This document shows, one piece after another, positions 38,344 to 52,063 of a stretch of 64,000 nucleotides of DNA. Made by a program: the position numbers and the translations under genes. The notes under the pieces are model-generated. The model worked only from the letters and a program-made list of their open reading frames with translations, made no database searches and was not told the origin of the DNA. Origin of the DNA: Asterias rubens. Lineage: Eukaryota. Where the stretch lies: the NCBI RefSeq assembly GCF_902459465.1, contig NC_047065.1, positions 20,460,001-20,524,000 of the forward strand. Reading direction: 5' to 3'. Each line of letters begins with the position of its first letter. The stretch's first letter is position 1.

Positions 38344-38455
38344 CAGGCCTGTTTGCTTCGGGTTTTTTTAGGGAGCAAGGGCACCTAGGTATTTTCTCAT
38401 TAGTAGTTTAGGCTTCCATCCGAGGCAATTGTAAGTTTCTAATGGAGCATTCCAA
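38344..38455. mobile_element. Family H fragment; another fragment about 46100-46215
   Basis: caggcctgtttgcttcg...gcaagggcacctaggtattttctc. Confidence 0.65.
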
Positions 38456-39491
38456 CAACAAAAGGAGGAAGGAAAGAAGGTAAAAAGATCCAGACTAAAC
38501 ATTTACTGGCTTTGCTTTTAAAATAATGGGTAAATTAAATTAACTGTAAAAAACTGGTTCCAAGATGAAGTGAAAATGCTTGAACAAATTAAAAATTAAA
38601 AATAGCATATACAAGAATGCAGTCTTAAAAAAATGGTTTGTTTCTTACTCAACCTAAATGTAGGTCTCCATAAAGATACAGCAATGATTTCCAATGATTA
38701 TGAATTAAACATGAACAGAGTCGGAAACACATAAAATCTGTTACACCGATGCGCTCCAAATGCACTTGAGAGCAATAATTATAATAAACAGAAGACTCTT
38801 CAAAAAAATCGTACATAAAATGCATAAATCCAAGTCATGGAGAAAGAAACACATGTAGCTTAATAGGCATCTGGATACCCCCCAAACAAAATGAATACAA
38901 AAACACCTCATTCAAGGGCATATTTTGTGTATAGGCAGCGAACTGTTGTTCCACACACACAAACACTGACCCAAAGCAACTTCATTATCATGTGTACCAT
39001 ACACAACGCACTTTACATGTGAAGTCAGGCAATGGATAAGTCATTCTCGTTTCTTATGCACGAAGCATACACTACAGGCCAACACTACCTCCCCCCCCCC
39101 CCCCCCACACACATGCCAGACAATATGTAGAGTACAATGCCCCCTGGGATCAAAGCTTTAATCCGCCAACCAACTGTAATTACTTCCTGCCAAGCCTGCC
39201 ACAGCTAAGAGGTCAAGGGTTGCCCGCAAAGGAATTCCACGCACACATTCACAACGGATAGAAAGGAGGATAAAATGCCTCAAACCCCAGAATATCAAAT
39301 TGCAAGCATTCTTTTCTTTCTTTCTTTCTTTTTTCCCTCCTTTTTTTTTTATTTTTTATTTTTATTTTGACAGGATAGATCAAGATCTCAAAAAGCTACT
39401 GATGGCTTTTGCATCATGCAAAAAAATATACCAGACATGAAAACTACGTTGACATTTTTCTGGAAAGAGCAAAGGAAGATTATATTTAATC

Positions 39492-39640
39492 AATGTTAAA
39501 TTTGCATCAGGAATAAAAACAATTATTTGTTTTACCATGGGTCTTTTTAATCGCTCCATGGTTTAACCCTTACAACAATGTGTGTAAGCGCTGTATACTT
39601 GATACTTTTTCAGAGTTCAGGTGAAAAAAAGAGTAGAACA
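39492..39640 (-). mobile_element. Family I diverged junction-spanning fragment
   Basis: atgttaaatttgcatcaggaataaa followed by ttgttttacca...aatgtgtgtaagcgctgtatactt. Confidence 0.5.
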
Positions 39641-40085
39641 TAGACCTTGTTATGATCATGGAGGAATAAATATGGTTTTGAAGGGCAAATATCTAGTGTG
39701 GCAATATTTTTGTTACGATCCGTGGAACTATCACCTCTTTCATGTTTGGCCTAGTTCCGTATGACGAAGAGAGAGGGGCAAACAAGTGAAGTTGCACCTA
39801 CTGTGTTTTAGAGGGGGAACCATGTTTGCCGACCACCAGGGAAATTACTTCAAATGTATAATACGCACCTGCTTGATTTGATTATGACATTAGTTCTTAT
39901 TTAGTTAGGGAACCCCTTACCTGAGATGCGTTTCAAGATTAACTGGGGCAGACATGTCCGTCCACTTAGTGTGGCCGAGGCATTGAGTGGAGGAAGGGAA
40001 GAGGGGGAACCATTAAAAAAAACTGAAGGAAGTCAGCGGAATCACGAAACAATGCCAGTAGAATGTGCAGGGTTTGGGTGCTACC

Positions 40086-40227
40086 TGGGCACAATTTCAT
40101 AGAGTTCTTAAAGCAGAAATATACTGCGAACAATTGTCTGCTAAACAGAAATGAGCAGGATACCGTTCACAAACTGCATGTGTGACTTGTTGGTTTGGCT
40201 GGTAACATTATTCTGGGAGGCATAATT
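40086..40227. mobile_element. Family G partial copy ending at a minisatellite
   Basis: ctg|ggcacaatttcatagag...ttggctggtaac. Confidence 0.7.
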
Positions 40228-40338
40228 TTGTTAATGTTACTCATGTTGTTAATGTTACTCATGTTGTTAATGTTACTCATGTTGTTAATGTTACTCATGT
40301 TGTTAATGTTACTCATGTTGTTAATGTTACTCATGTTG
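40228..40338. repeat. 18-bp minisatellite x6
   Basis: ttgttaatgttactcatg x6. Confidence 0.96.
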
Positions 40339-41102
40339 TGTAGCACATGATGCTACAATTGACAAACCTCACTAGGATGTGTACCTCCACCATGCAATTT
40401 TTCAAATTCAACTTAAAATTTATTAATTGGCAAACTTAACTCAAATAGAGCTTTCTAAAACGAAGCCGTGGGCTCAACTTCTAGAACAGTTGAAAAGCCA
40501 TCTTGAGAAATTCATCTTAAGAAATAAAGTTGAATATTATTCCTCCTCACCACACAGTATTGTGTATTGTGACATCGCAATTTCCCTTAGCAATTAAGAT
40601 TGGACCCTCAGCTCAAAATCATCTCAAGACCAATCTGAGTTTGAGAAATTGAGCCCCTGTCGTGTAAAAACCTTATCCCTTGGCAATTAAGAGATTAATA
40701 CCCATTGAATGTCCCCTCAAACCACAAGTGATATCAATCAACCACATTTACAAACCGCAAATATTTCATATCATCCCTTTTCACGATAAGGCAAATTTAG
40801 GCACTGCAGCCAAACATTCATGTTTGGAGAAAACCAACACTATGAAATAAACAATGTAAAAACTGGCAAATCTAAGTGTGGCTGTTTGTGAAAACGCATG
40901 TAGGAGTTTGGTGAAATGGTTGTTGTACTAATTAGAAAAATAAAATGAAATAGCACTGGAAACTTGGAGAATGTTGATTTCACAAACTACATCCAAAATA
41001 CAGATTTGCCAAAATGTTTTTTGTTGTTTAAGAATTGCCTCTTTCTGAAAACATGGCCGAAATGTTCACCCAAAAACATTTATTGTTGTCAACTTCGTTC
41101 TT

Positions 41103-41400
41103 TTAAAGGATTTGGGTACTATTTGTAACACAAAACACAATGTTCACAGATTTACATTAAATTTACAGCGTTTGAAGATATTGATAGTAGAAGGCTTCCC
41201 TTAAAATATCAGTTGCTGTGGTGCTGTAGTTTTTGAGAAATGAGTAAAATAATGTAATGAAAATACGTTTTTACATGCTTAAAATAATTTTTGTCACATG
41301 ATCACTGAGACGAAAATTATTTTCATGACATTGTTTTACTCATTTCTCAAAAAATACAGCACCTCAGCAACTAATATTTTAAGGGAAACCTTTTACTATC
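41103..41400. mobile_element. Family C MITE, right end truncated
   Basis: ttaa|aggatttgggtact; palindromic centre aaaataattttt...gacgaaaattatttt. Confidence 0.88.
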
Positions 41401-41964
41401 GTGGATCCGGATGAACCGTCTTGAAATTAACAAAAGATATTTATAGAGAAGGTAATTTTCTCTCACCAGGGAAAAATCTTCCCTTTAAAGTAAATTGTCT
41501 TCTTCCATGTCCAGAAGCAAAGATTCCTTGCTTCTGAGACTCTTATGTCGCAGGAATTATGCACTATCTGACTGGGGATTACACATGGTAACTCGGGTTG
41601 ACTGTTCTACAGGTCGTTGACTGTCACAGACATTCTCAGGGAGTGTGGACGATAAAGGGATGTCAATATTAGGTCATCAGGAAGATAACACTGACTGAGA
41701 TAAAAAAAAATATTGCGCTTGCAAGACCACAAACTACTTGTTAATGTATTGAGAAGGGCAGTATGGGACGGACTTGCTAACTACATCTAGGCACTGGTTA
41801 TGTGTGTTCCAGTGGCAACCAGACTTCTGAATGGTTGACGTTTTTGCACTTGTTTTCAACGGTTTTCGTGTGCGGGATGTCAACTATTTGGAGGTCTGGT
41901 TCACCACTGATAACCTGTTAATGTCTTATTTATTTTGTGATTCTTAATAGTGTACGTTCAACCC

Positions 41965-42326
41965 TTAAAGCCATTATACACTTTCAGTAAACAGTATTGT
42001 CCAAGTCCCACACTTCGTGTATAAAACAACAAACCTGTGAAAATTTAGGCTCAATCGGTCATCGGAGTCGGGAGAAAATAACGGGAAAACTCACTCTTGT
42101 TTCCGCGCGTTTCGCCGTGTCATGACATGTGTTTAAAATAAATCCGTAATTCTCGCAAACGAGAATTTATATTGTTTTACTGTTTTCTCAAAAAATAAAG
42201 CATTTCATGGACTAATATTTCAAGGGAAGTCTTTCACCATTACCTTCTGTAAACCCTGTAAATTATTTGTAAATCTGTGAACTTTTATTTTTTTTTTTCT
42301 GTACCGAAAGGGTCCAATGGCATTAA
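41965..42326. mobile_element. Family B TTAA-flanked MITE
   Basis: ttaa|agccattatacactttc ... gaaagggtccaatggca|ttaa. Confidence 0.93.
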
Positions 42327-42803
42327 TGTGTGCGTGTTTTGGGTTTTTTTTTTGGGGGGGGGGGTTTTTTTATAGTTATCACTTGTATATAATTACTGTG
42401 GTTTCAACCATTTGTACATAATCTGACTGTCATTTTGTCAAGTAATCTTTATATTTTTAAATTATTGTATATTGTATATTTATCTTAATATTTTTATATT
42501 GAGCTGGTCTGCTATTGTAATTGCCTGCGAAGGATGATTAAAGTTTTTTTGAATTGCATTGAACTGAATTGAATTGAATTGAATTGAGCGCCCTACAGGA
42601 TTATGGAATAAAAACGCTGATAATGGCGCTCTGTAATTGTTTAGACTTCACATAGTGTAATTAGAGGGTTGGCTTCCTTCCAAATATTCATTTGACCTGT
42701 GCTGTGGGGAGAAAATGTTAAATTCAATATGGTTTTTGTCCCGGAAGTTTGAAAAAGAACAAGACTTGCACAGTCTATTTGGTAATTGCTCAAAAGTTTT
42801 ATG

Positions 42804-42945
42804 CAGGGCTGTATGTTTCGTTTTTGAAAGGGCAAGGGCACCAATGCATTTTCTCCTGGGTAAAGGGCATCTTATGAGGAAAGAAATTGTCAAGAGCACC
42901 AAGGCAATGGCCAGGGGGCATTGAGGCACTGAAACGTCAGGCCTG
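42804..42945. mobile_element. Family H element with apparent 6-bp TSD
   Basis: tttatg|cagggctg ... caggcctg|tttatg. Confidence 0.85.
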
Positions 42946-43879
42946 TTTATGGCAAATATATAGATCAGGGAAAACAATAACTGAGAAGTACCAAGAAAGA
43001 ACTGTTTCCTCATTGTCAACGAAGAGTTTCCTGCTTGATGACTATTCATTTCCTTATTGTTACAATGAGGTTTTAATTGAGATAACGGGTTATGCCAATT
43101 ACACAGCCATGTAGTTCATGACCTTGTAAGTGTCCAAGAGGATGTGAATATTCGCACAGTCCATCAAAATTTATTTCTTCTCATTGATATTTGACTCTTT
43201 AAGGATGTGCACAGCATTCGTATGATTGAAAATAACATTAGCTGTTGCAAAATGCTTTAGCACCAACTAAGTTTCGACCCAAGTCTTTCTAGATGGCTAA
43301 AATAGAAAGACTCTGCCAGGGTTGAAATGTCGGGCCACTAACTATTTTTTGAAAAGATATATGTTCACCGATTTGCACATACAACTTTTACGGTCATGAT
43401 GGAAAACTTGGCCTTGAAATTATTTTGCTTTAAAAGGGAGCCTTTTGGACGGTCCCTTTTCACAGTTCTCCTCAGTAGTGCGTTTGCTCAGACCTATGCG
43501 CACAATAGTGAGCACACTCAGAACCACAATCAAAAGACCGTTATGTTCTGCTGCCGCCAGCGTCTCAAAAGTCTCCCATCGAAAACAATTCTGACCTGCC
43601 CCTTGGATAGATTCTACTTTTCCCTCGCTTGAGTTCAAGCGTATCATGGGCGATGGAAACAAAAAAAATTCCCCTTGAAAAATCTTTCTGTGTGAACCCC
43701 TGGCACCAGAATCTAATAATAAATAACATCCTGGTGAATGTGGACATAAATTGACCAGAAAGGTGAGGTACAACAAACAGGAATTGGGGGAAATTTAAGC
43801 CATTAGTTCTTCCCCCACCCTCTGGGATTTTGCCTATAAACCAATCAAGCTTTAAAAAACCAATAAAGGTCATGTACTG

Positions 43880-44135
43880 GGCCAAATTTTATGGCTCTGC
43901 TTACTGTAAGCACAGAATCGGCGCTTACGGAAGCAGGAAATTCTGTGCTTACACGGTAAGCGTATTTCACAGGTTCGCGGCGAATTTTGGCTTCTGCGCG
44001 TGTGTACTCCGAGTTACTAGGTATTCTACGCTTACAAGGCTAAGGCAGAAATTCGGCGCTTGCATGTACGTGTAAGCGGGGAATCATGATCATAAGCGCA
44101 GAATTCGGAGGTAAGCAGAGCCATGAAATTGGGCC
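43880..44135. mobile_element. Family G2 Harbinger-like MITE with CTG TSD
   Basis: ctg|ggccaaattttatggctctgcttac ... gtaagcagagccatgaaattgggcc|ctg. Confidence 0.9.
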
Positions 44136-46750
44136 CTGTACGTTCCAGTCTTGTCCTTATCGAAAAGGTAATGTACTAACCATTTTGTAAGCGAAGAATT
44201 GGCGCTTACCAAAGCAGGGCATTCCACACAGCTACAGGTTAGCAGAAAATTTTCGCTTGCTGAAGTTTGGATCTTGAATGGCAAGCGTAGAATTCGGCTG
44301 TACATTGTTAGTACAGGCACGAAATTCTGCACAGTGCTTATCAAGTACACATCAGCGTTAGAGTAAAACAAACAAAAACACTATTAAAAAGGTATTATTG
44401 TGTTTGAGCACAAAACGTATACGAGTCATGTTTGTTTGTGACCCATAGAAACCAACTCACTTTAGCTCAGAAAATATCACATTTCAAACTATTTTATTGG
44501 ATAGTGTGTAACTTGACTCCCTCCATATGTTTCCCCTACCCTTAAAAACTGGGGCAAGCTGCTCCGAATAATTGTGATCTGAATCGGCTCTTATGAAGCA
44601 CGCAAAAAGACACATTAATTATTTACTCGATGAAGAACTCAAATCAATTCAAAGTATTCTAATACAGCAGGATTAAGACCTGATAGTGTATATTTTGATG
44701 GTACACAGAATCAAAATATTAAATGGCAACAAGTAAACTCTGCTTAATTCATTTACAAAGTATTTTCAATCATCTAAGGAAATTGAGTTTAAATGAGATT
44801 TAAGAGATCTTAATTGTGTAGTAAAAAAAATATAAAAAAAAACGTTTTGTCATAACTCACATTACGTCATCACTCATATTACGTCACATTATGTGGAAAA
44901 TCTGTTTTGTATAGCCGCTCTGTTGCAGCTTGGAAGTGTTATAAAAAAGCAACATCCCATTAATGACATCATAGTGTTGTCATTCTGAGGCACGACAGAA
45001 GCGTTTCACCTGTAGCACGGAATTTTGCTCAAGTGCATTGGATTCTCCATGTTACTAGGCATTCTTCGCTTGCACAGCTACCGCAGAAGATCGGCACTTA
45101 CACAGTATAAGCGCAGAATAGTGATCAAAAGCACAGAATTCTGCAATAAGCAGAGCCATGGAATTGGGCTCTGGTCATGCTGGCTCTAGTCCAAGGTGAA
45201 CTCGTTACGGCTAATTGTGCACAGTTATTTACTTTTATAAGTTTGTGTTGACAAGTGGATGGTTAGTTTAACCTATAGTGCCAGACAACCAAATTGGCAA
45301 CAACAACTTTGCATTGAGTGACCTACAAATGAAATTCTGGAAATGTTTTCTTTTAAATTGACAATGTTCACCATCTTACTAAACTACATCCTAGAAAAGA
45401 TTTTAAACCTCAGATCCACTATCAACGGTTCATACCCAAGACTAGACACAGACCAAAGCAAAACAACATCCACAACTTCATAAAGCAAGAGTTGGCAACA
45501 TTGGCGCGACCAGCAGTCTTACTTTTTTTCAGTTGATCACCATCCATCTCTGGGAGGATACGGGGAAACCAGGAGGTTTATAGCAAAGTGCAGGGATTCA
45601 TGAATGTGATGAAGACGTTGGCAAGTGGGAACAGAAGAGTTTGCCGGTAAACAAAAGAAATACAACCATGTTTAAGTTCAAACGTTCTTTAATATTAAGA
45701 ATCAACAGTTGGCAATGACAGTGTCTGTACATATAGGAAAACTTTATATCCAGACCAACATTCACAAAGTCTGCAACCTCACCATGAACTCAACATTTTA
45801 ACAGAGGTATCAACAACCATAAGTGATGTTTTGAAGTTCCAAACCTACATAGGTTTGAGGTTTCTAACCTAAAAAGATTTTGAGGTTTCTAAAAAATTCT
45901 AACCAATACTGAGGTTTGAAACCAAAGGTTCACGACCTTCTCAGAGTCAAATCTCACAAAATTCAAAATACTTATATGGTTACAAGGACACTATAGAGAA
46001 TACTGATAATAATAAAACGCCGAAAACCACCAAATTAAGGTGCTCAAGGCGCACTGAATTAAACTCAATTTCATACACATAAAAATCATGACACAAAAAT
46101 TTCTCCTTTGCAAAGGGCATCCTTCAGGAAATCTACTGGTGCATTTCAGGGACACCAAGACAATGACCAGGGGTATGAGGATATTGCCTTTGTTGCCTCC
46201 GTGTATCAGGCCTGATGTGACTGGTATCCTGCTCATTCCTGCTTAGAAGCAGAAAGTTGTTAAGCAATATTTTTTGTTAAGCAGCTCTATGAAATTAGGC
46301 CCTGCAGTCAGCTTTAACAGGTCTTTTTTCATGGAAGTGTTGTTCGAGGTTGCTAGGCTAGCAGTCATGGTCAAGGCTAATAGTGGTTCGCTTCGACTCA
46401 TTATTTATTCACATGTCCATTAAAGTAAGGTTTTAAAAATGATCCTGTCTCGTCGTTCAGGAATCAAGGTTACATTTCAGTATGAACCGACGATCCATCC
46501 AAATGATCCTAATCAGACAACCATCAAATGTGTCTTGCGTTTAATTGTGCGATCGAGGAAAAAGTTATGCAGTTTAATATTTTAAGGGGAAAACACAAGG
46601 TTGTTTAGAGCTGCTGCAGTAAAAAACGTGATTAAAAGACTGAGCCGAGAACAAGGTCCTTTATCGGATGGGTACGTATTTACCATGCAATTTTTTTTTA
46701 AACAGAGCTCTGTTGAAAATCTCCCCGCCTACCCTTTTATTCCCACTGAT

Positions 46751-47124
46751 TTAAAGCCATTATACACTTTCGGTAAACAGTATTGTCCAAGTCCCACACT
46801 TCGTGTATCACAACTTATATATAAAACAACAAACCTGTGAAAATTTAGGCTCAATCGGTCATCGGAGTCGGGAGAAAAAAACGGGAAAACCCACTCTTGT
46901 TTCCGCGCGTTTCGCCGTGTCATGACATGTGTTTAAAATAAATCTGTAATTCTCGGTAACGAGAATTGATATTGTTTTACCGTTTTCTCAAAAAGTAAAG
47001 CATTTCATGGACTAATATTTCAAGGGAAGTCTTTCACCATTACAATCTGTAAATCCTGTAAATTATTTGTAAATCTGTGAACTTTTTTTGTTTTTTCTGT
47101 ACCGCAAGGGTCCAATGGCTTTAA
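46751..47124. mobile_element. Family B MITE
   Basis: ttaa|agccattatacactttcggta ... taccgcaagggtccaatggct|ttaa. Confidence 0.94.
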
Positions 47125-49180
47125 AAAGCCCTTTTCGTTAAACAGGTGAAGGAAAAGCTGCTGTGCCTAAATTTTAAATTCCTATTTCTCCGGCTCTGTT
47201 ACACAAGGATCAAGTTGCACGTGATGCTCAACAATTGTGCAAATGCACAGGTGCTTACACACTTTACATCGGGTAGTATTTGTATGTGTTGATAGCACAT
47301 AAATTAGTGCCTGGCCCGCGTAAAACAAAATAAGTGCTTATTTAGGGGGGGGGGGGGGGGGTTCGTTTTTGTTTTTATTTGGGTAAAATTACTAATTTAC
47401 TTGAAAGTTTTATTTCTTCTGAAAAAGGTGTTGCACTGGGTATGTTCTATCATTGTTTACTTGAAATTTTGATGTAGGGTTAAAAACTGTACTTTGTATT
47501 TGTGTATCTTTTGTAGACTTTGTTTTATACTGAGACAAAACATCAACGTATCCCAATGATAGTGATCATTTTGCCGAGACGTTCACAGCAAAAACAGAGC
47601 CGAACACTCCACATCAAATTGATAACCAGACCGGTGAATTTTGACTTCACACATCAACAACGATACCACAATAGTTATTGTGATAATAATACGCTAGTGT
47701 ACAATTTCTCTTGTGTAGCATAGCGAAATGCTTAACACATTAACGCATAATTTGCTACTAAAAAATTACCAAGTTCAGTTTGCGACTCAAGATTCACACT
47801 CAGTGTGCACTTACACATAGTACGTCTTAATAAGTTGCGATGCAAATTTGCTAGACGAAATCGTCTCCTTTAAACACATCAAAACCAAACAACAACAACA
47901 AAACGAGTCTGCATGCAATAAACGCATGACACCCAGTATCCCATGTTCAAACCTTGCACATAGAATATTACCACTCAACATGGAATCACCAAAATATACA
48001 TTCATACGCACACACAACACGCACGGGTCCCACACACATACTGCACCATACATAGTATGCGCTCCATCCACACACTGTACACACACAGAAGAGATGCCCT
48101 ACACATTACAAATCAGGGAAATTTTGTAGTAGGCCTAGTGTTGTTACCTTAAGCTGTAGGTCACGGTTATAGTTTTCTTGTATAACAGAGTGTATCTGAG
48201 CATTCCCCATGTCTTCTCCATAAGCCGGACCCCGACGACGACGCAACCCACCAATGGACCTGATGTCTGCCTATAACAAGTAGACCCATCCAAAGAGCTT
48301 CAGATTCATTAGCCCTTCATTGTGTTCAACGATAATCCACTTTTTCAGGTCCGTGTTGCCAAAACGTGTGGTTTACATGTATGTGTACACTTTTGGGCAC
48401 TACAGCATTGCACGCTCCAGACTGGCTCAGCCAACCCAGACCTATGTCTATGTCAGGGCCTTATTATAGCCCATGCAGCAAGTCAACTCAATGCAGCAAC
48501 GGCGGCGGCGCTAGCTAGTGTCTTAATACTCCATTGAGATCACACAAAGAACATAGCTGACCCCTCATGTAAATGCAGCTGACCTCAAAGGGCAAGGCCA
48601 TCTATATTGAAATATAAGGGTTTGGGACTGCCTGGAAGGTACCAAGTGGTGAGAGAGGGGGTTCCATGTAGATGGGAGGGGAATGAGGGGAAGGTTGATA
48701 CATTCAATAAATGATGATCAAGGAGGTCCATGTGACACTATGATGCATGGAAGGTAGGTATGATGTACTCATGAGTGGTATTGAGCTGCTTAAGCACACA
48801 AAAAGAAGCTAAGCAAAACAAATATATGCTTACCAGAACAGGGTTACCAACCTATCCTTCTTCCTCCATGCTTACACTATGTCGTATCATGTAATGTTGG
48901 TTTTGAAAGCCCTACCATGCAATCTTGAGTGTCTTATATGGTTATATCTTCATTTTTTTTATGAATTTGATCTTAGTTATGAAATATTACTTAAACAAAA
49001 AATCATCACTGGAAGTTTCATTACAATTGCTCTCAAAAGCCGTTTCGCTGTGCTGCGCTATGGAACAGCTAATGATGGAATTAACCACCAGAAGTCGATT
49101 TCACAAAGAGTTAGGACTAGTCCTAGGTGATATTCAAAACGTATGGCTAGTCCTAAGTTAGGAAGCGCTTGAGATAAGTC

Positions 49181-49553
49181 TTAAAGGCAGTGGACACTAT
49201 TGGTAATTACTCAAAACAATTTTTGGCATAAAACCTTTCTTGGTGACGAGTATGAGGAGAGGTTGATGGTATAAAGCATTGTGAGAAACGGCTCCCTCTG
49301 AAGTGACATAGTTTTTGAGAAAGAAGTAATTTTTCACAAATTTGATTTCGAGACCTCAGATTTAGAATTTGAGGTCTCGGAATCAACCATCTAAGAGCAC
49401 ACAACTTCGTGTGACAAGGGTGTTTTTTTTTAAATTATTATCTCGCAACTTCTTCTACAAACTGAGCTCAAATTTTGACAAGTTTGTTATTTTATGCATA
49501 TGTTGAGATACACCAAGTAAGAAGACTGGTCTTTGACAATTAGTGTCTTTTAA
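49181..49553. mobile_element. Family A MITE, right TIR partly deleted
   Basis: ttaa|aggcagtggacactattgg ... ctttgacaattagtgtctt|ttaa. Confidence 0.9.
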
Positions 49554-49765
49554 CTCTTTGTGAAATCCACCCCAGCTCTCTCAAAAGTCCAAGATGCATA
49601 AGGGACCCAAGATTCATAGGGAAAACTTACACAGTCTATTGCACCCAATTCAATGTACAATTTAAATTTTCATCTTACGATCAATGTTCAAATCAAAAAC
49701 CTTTTCAAATTATTTTAAAACTAAGTTTTCTAGAAACTTAACTTTAAAGTTTAAAGTTTCCAGGT

Positions 49766-49935
49766 CAGGCCTGATACTTCACAGAGACAACAAAGGTGAT
49801 TGCCTCTGTTGCCTCTTGTAACTGCCTTGGTGCCCTTAATGAAATGCTCCAGTAGAAATTTACAATTTCCTCATAGTGCCCTTTGCCAAAGGCCTTGGTG
49901 CCCTTGCCCTTTCAAAAACGAAGCATACAGCCCTG
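49766..49935. mobile_element. Family H element
   Basis: ccaggt|caggcctgatacttcac ... gcatacagccctg|ccaggc. Confidence 0.88.
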
Positions 49936-50207
49936 CCAGGCATTGCTTATTTGTAAAACTGTTGCTGGCCTTTGTTATAAAAGTTTTCAATTGAAAAGTC
50001 AGTTTGGGTGTGTTTCTTATATGGGTGAATCTTGACACTGGGTTTCCTCTGAGGAAAAGTTCAAACCTTGAGAATTATTTTTGTACAATATCATCCGCAA
50101 AGGAGATTGATTAAATTTAAGGGCGTGACAGCTTAGTTGGTATATCGCCGGCACATCCAGACATCGTTGGTTCTAGTCATGTATTCTTACTTCAACCCCG
50201 AAACAGG

Positions 50208-50771
50208 TTAAAGACATTGGACACTATTGGTAATTGTCAAATAATGCATAAAATAACAAACCTGTGAAAATTTGAGCTCAATCGGTCATCAAAGTTGCAT
50301 AATAGTAATGAAAGAAAGAACACCCTTGTCACACGAAGTTGTGTGCTTTCACATGCTTGATTTCGAGATCTCAAATTCTTAACCTGAGGTCTCGAAATCA
50401 AATTTGTGGAAAATTACTTCTTTCAAAGGGAGCCATTTCTCACAATATTTTATATATCAACCTCTCCCCATTACTGTAAAATTTTGACTCAATTGCTCAT
50501 CGAGGTTGCAAAAGAATAAGGAAATAAAAACACCCTTGATCGACAACTTGTATTACTTCAGCTACCTAATAAAACTTAAAAGACTTCAGGCCTTGAAGTC
50601 TTTACTATTTGAGTGAGAAATTATTTTTTTCTCAAAAACTATTTTATTTCAGAGGGAGCCGTTTCTCACAATGCTTTATACTTTTCACAGCTCTAAATTA
50701 CTCATTACCAAGTTAGTTTTTACGCTAACAATTTACGTTGAGTAATTACCAATAGTGTCCAGTGCCTTTAA
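50208..50771. mobile_element. Head-to-tail fusion of family A and an A' subfamily
   Basis: Two Y-modules and two gggagcc(a/g)tttctcacaat segments; two different central hairpins (ttcgagatctc..gaggtctcgaa; aaagacttcaggccttgaagtcttt); TTAA at both ends. Confidence 0.82.
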
Positions 50772-50900
50772 AGCAAACCATTGATTCACATCATTAGACC
50801 TTGACATTCTGCTCCTAAACACCATCGTCGTCTCAGAGAGTACAGCCAGGAGAAGACGAGGCTGCCCCGTCCAGAGTTAGTTAACTTAACCCTTGGCGCT

Positions 50901-51103
50901 TCATCTCATCATGGATGATGGCTTCCCAGTGATTTCAGCCATGATTTCATCAACGACCTCCTGATTTGCCTGATGATACTCCCGGATTACTTCTGGCATC
51001 CGTTGCCACGGCGACCAGTGCCATGAGTCAACTTTCCGAGGGTACTTTTTTTCTTCAAAATAACTGATTTGTCCTAGTCTTAGCAGAGACATTGAGAAAG
51101 AAC
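50901..51103 (-). CDS. Candidate terminal coding exon (GSFSMSLLRLGQISYFEEKKYPRKVDSWHWSPWQRMPEVIREYHQANQEVVDEIMAEITGKPSSMMR*), product not recognised
   Basis: Minus strand acceptor gtactttatag at 51104, phase-1 entry into ORF 50901..51092; protein-like composition, ends in stop codon. Confidence 0.55.
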
Positions 51104-51556
51104 CTATAAAGTACGATTGGGTGTGATTGCTTTTCTTCTCCGCTACACATTAATCACAGGGTGATCTGAACTTCTCTTTCTTGAATATATTTGTAGAAAC
51201 AACCGATGCGGAATTATAGTCTCAAAAGCTATCAATGTCTAATAAGTTTGTGGATCTTCCCAAATCTTGCTCAGAAATACATTCAGCCAGCATTTGAAGA
51301 TAAGAACACACTATGTTTAAATCTGATAGCCACACCTTTCCAATACAGAAAACAGTTTAACCACACCCTATTGACAGAGATAACACCTCTCCTGAAGTCA
51401 CCACATTTAAAAAGGGTGACCCATTACCACTACAATTATTTGTTATTTCTGGTAACCAAAGATGCATTGTAAAGTAAGATTAATCACTGTAGCTCACAAG
51501 CCAGAGGAAGCCTAAACAAGAGGAAGCCTTTAAACAAGGTTGGTATGTGAACCAGA

Positions 51557-51776
51557 AACACTGGGGTTAACCCACAACAAGTGTGATGGGTTCTTATGTC
51601 CATACCAATCCCAGTACAGGGGACCAACACATTAATATCCCATCCAAAGGACGAACAAATTATACTAAAGTATCTTGCTCAAGGGCACAAGTGCCACAAC
51701 TGGGACTCGAACCCACACTCTTCTGATCAGAAACACCACCGCTCAAGTATGGTGCTCTTAAACGCTCAGCCACACC
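51557..51776 (-). mobile_element. Family J SINE
   Basis: gggactcgaacccacactcttctgatcagaaacacc; cttgctcaagggcacaagtg. Confidence 0.82.
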
Positions 51777-51845
51777 ATACTAAGACCTCTCCATTTAGTC
51801 AGGCACCCAGCCCTCACAGAAGAAATGACACTGGCCTAGTCAAGA

Positions 51846-52063
51846 GTCAAATTTCACATAGCCTGTGAAGCAGAAAAAATGCTAAGCACAGAGAAGTATT
51901 GCTCAACAGAAATAGGTTACCAGCAAAAAATACATTACGTTTACATTGTTGTGACTGGTGCCAAACTCGATTTTTGCTTAGCAAAGATGCCAAACTCGAT
52001 TTTTGCTTAGCAAAGAAAGTTGTCAAGCAGTCTTTTCTGCTTAACAGCTTTAGGAAATTGGGT
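51846..52063. mobile_element. Family G diverged copy; further fragments about 8070-8136, 46237-46302, 48782-48850, 56000-56171, 59570-59640, 61765-61930
   Basis: gtcaaatttcacatagcctg ... cagctttaggaaattgggtc. Confidence 0.7.

Noticed and set aside
43420-43776. 118-aa minus ORF and a plus-frame Arg-rich stretch (VVRLLRPMRTIV) resembling an S4 helix or transit peptide
   Set aside because: Arg spacing does not fit S4, a stop follows, and there are no convincing splice sites.
47535-47633. 99-nt symmetric plus-strand exon candidate; similar isolated candidates at 421-450, 20023-20080, 39921-39964, 45535-45646, 48350-48379
   Set aside because: Weak or atypical splice sites, no recognisable peptide and no consistent gene model; the number is about what chance would give in 64 kb.
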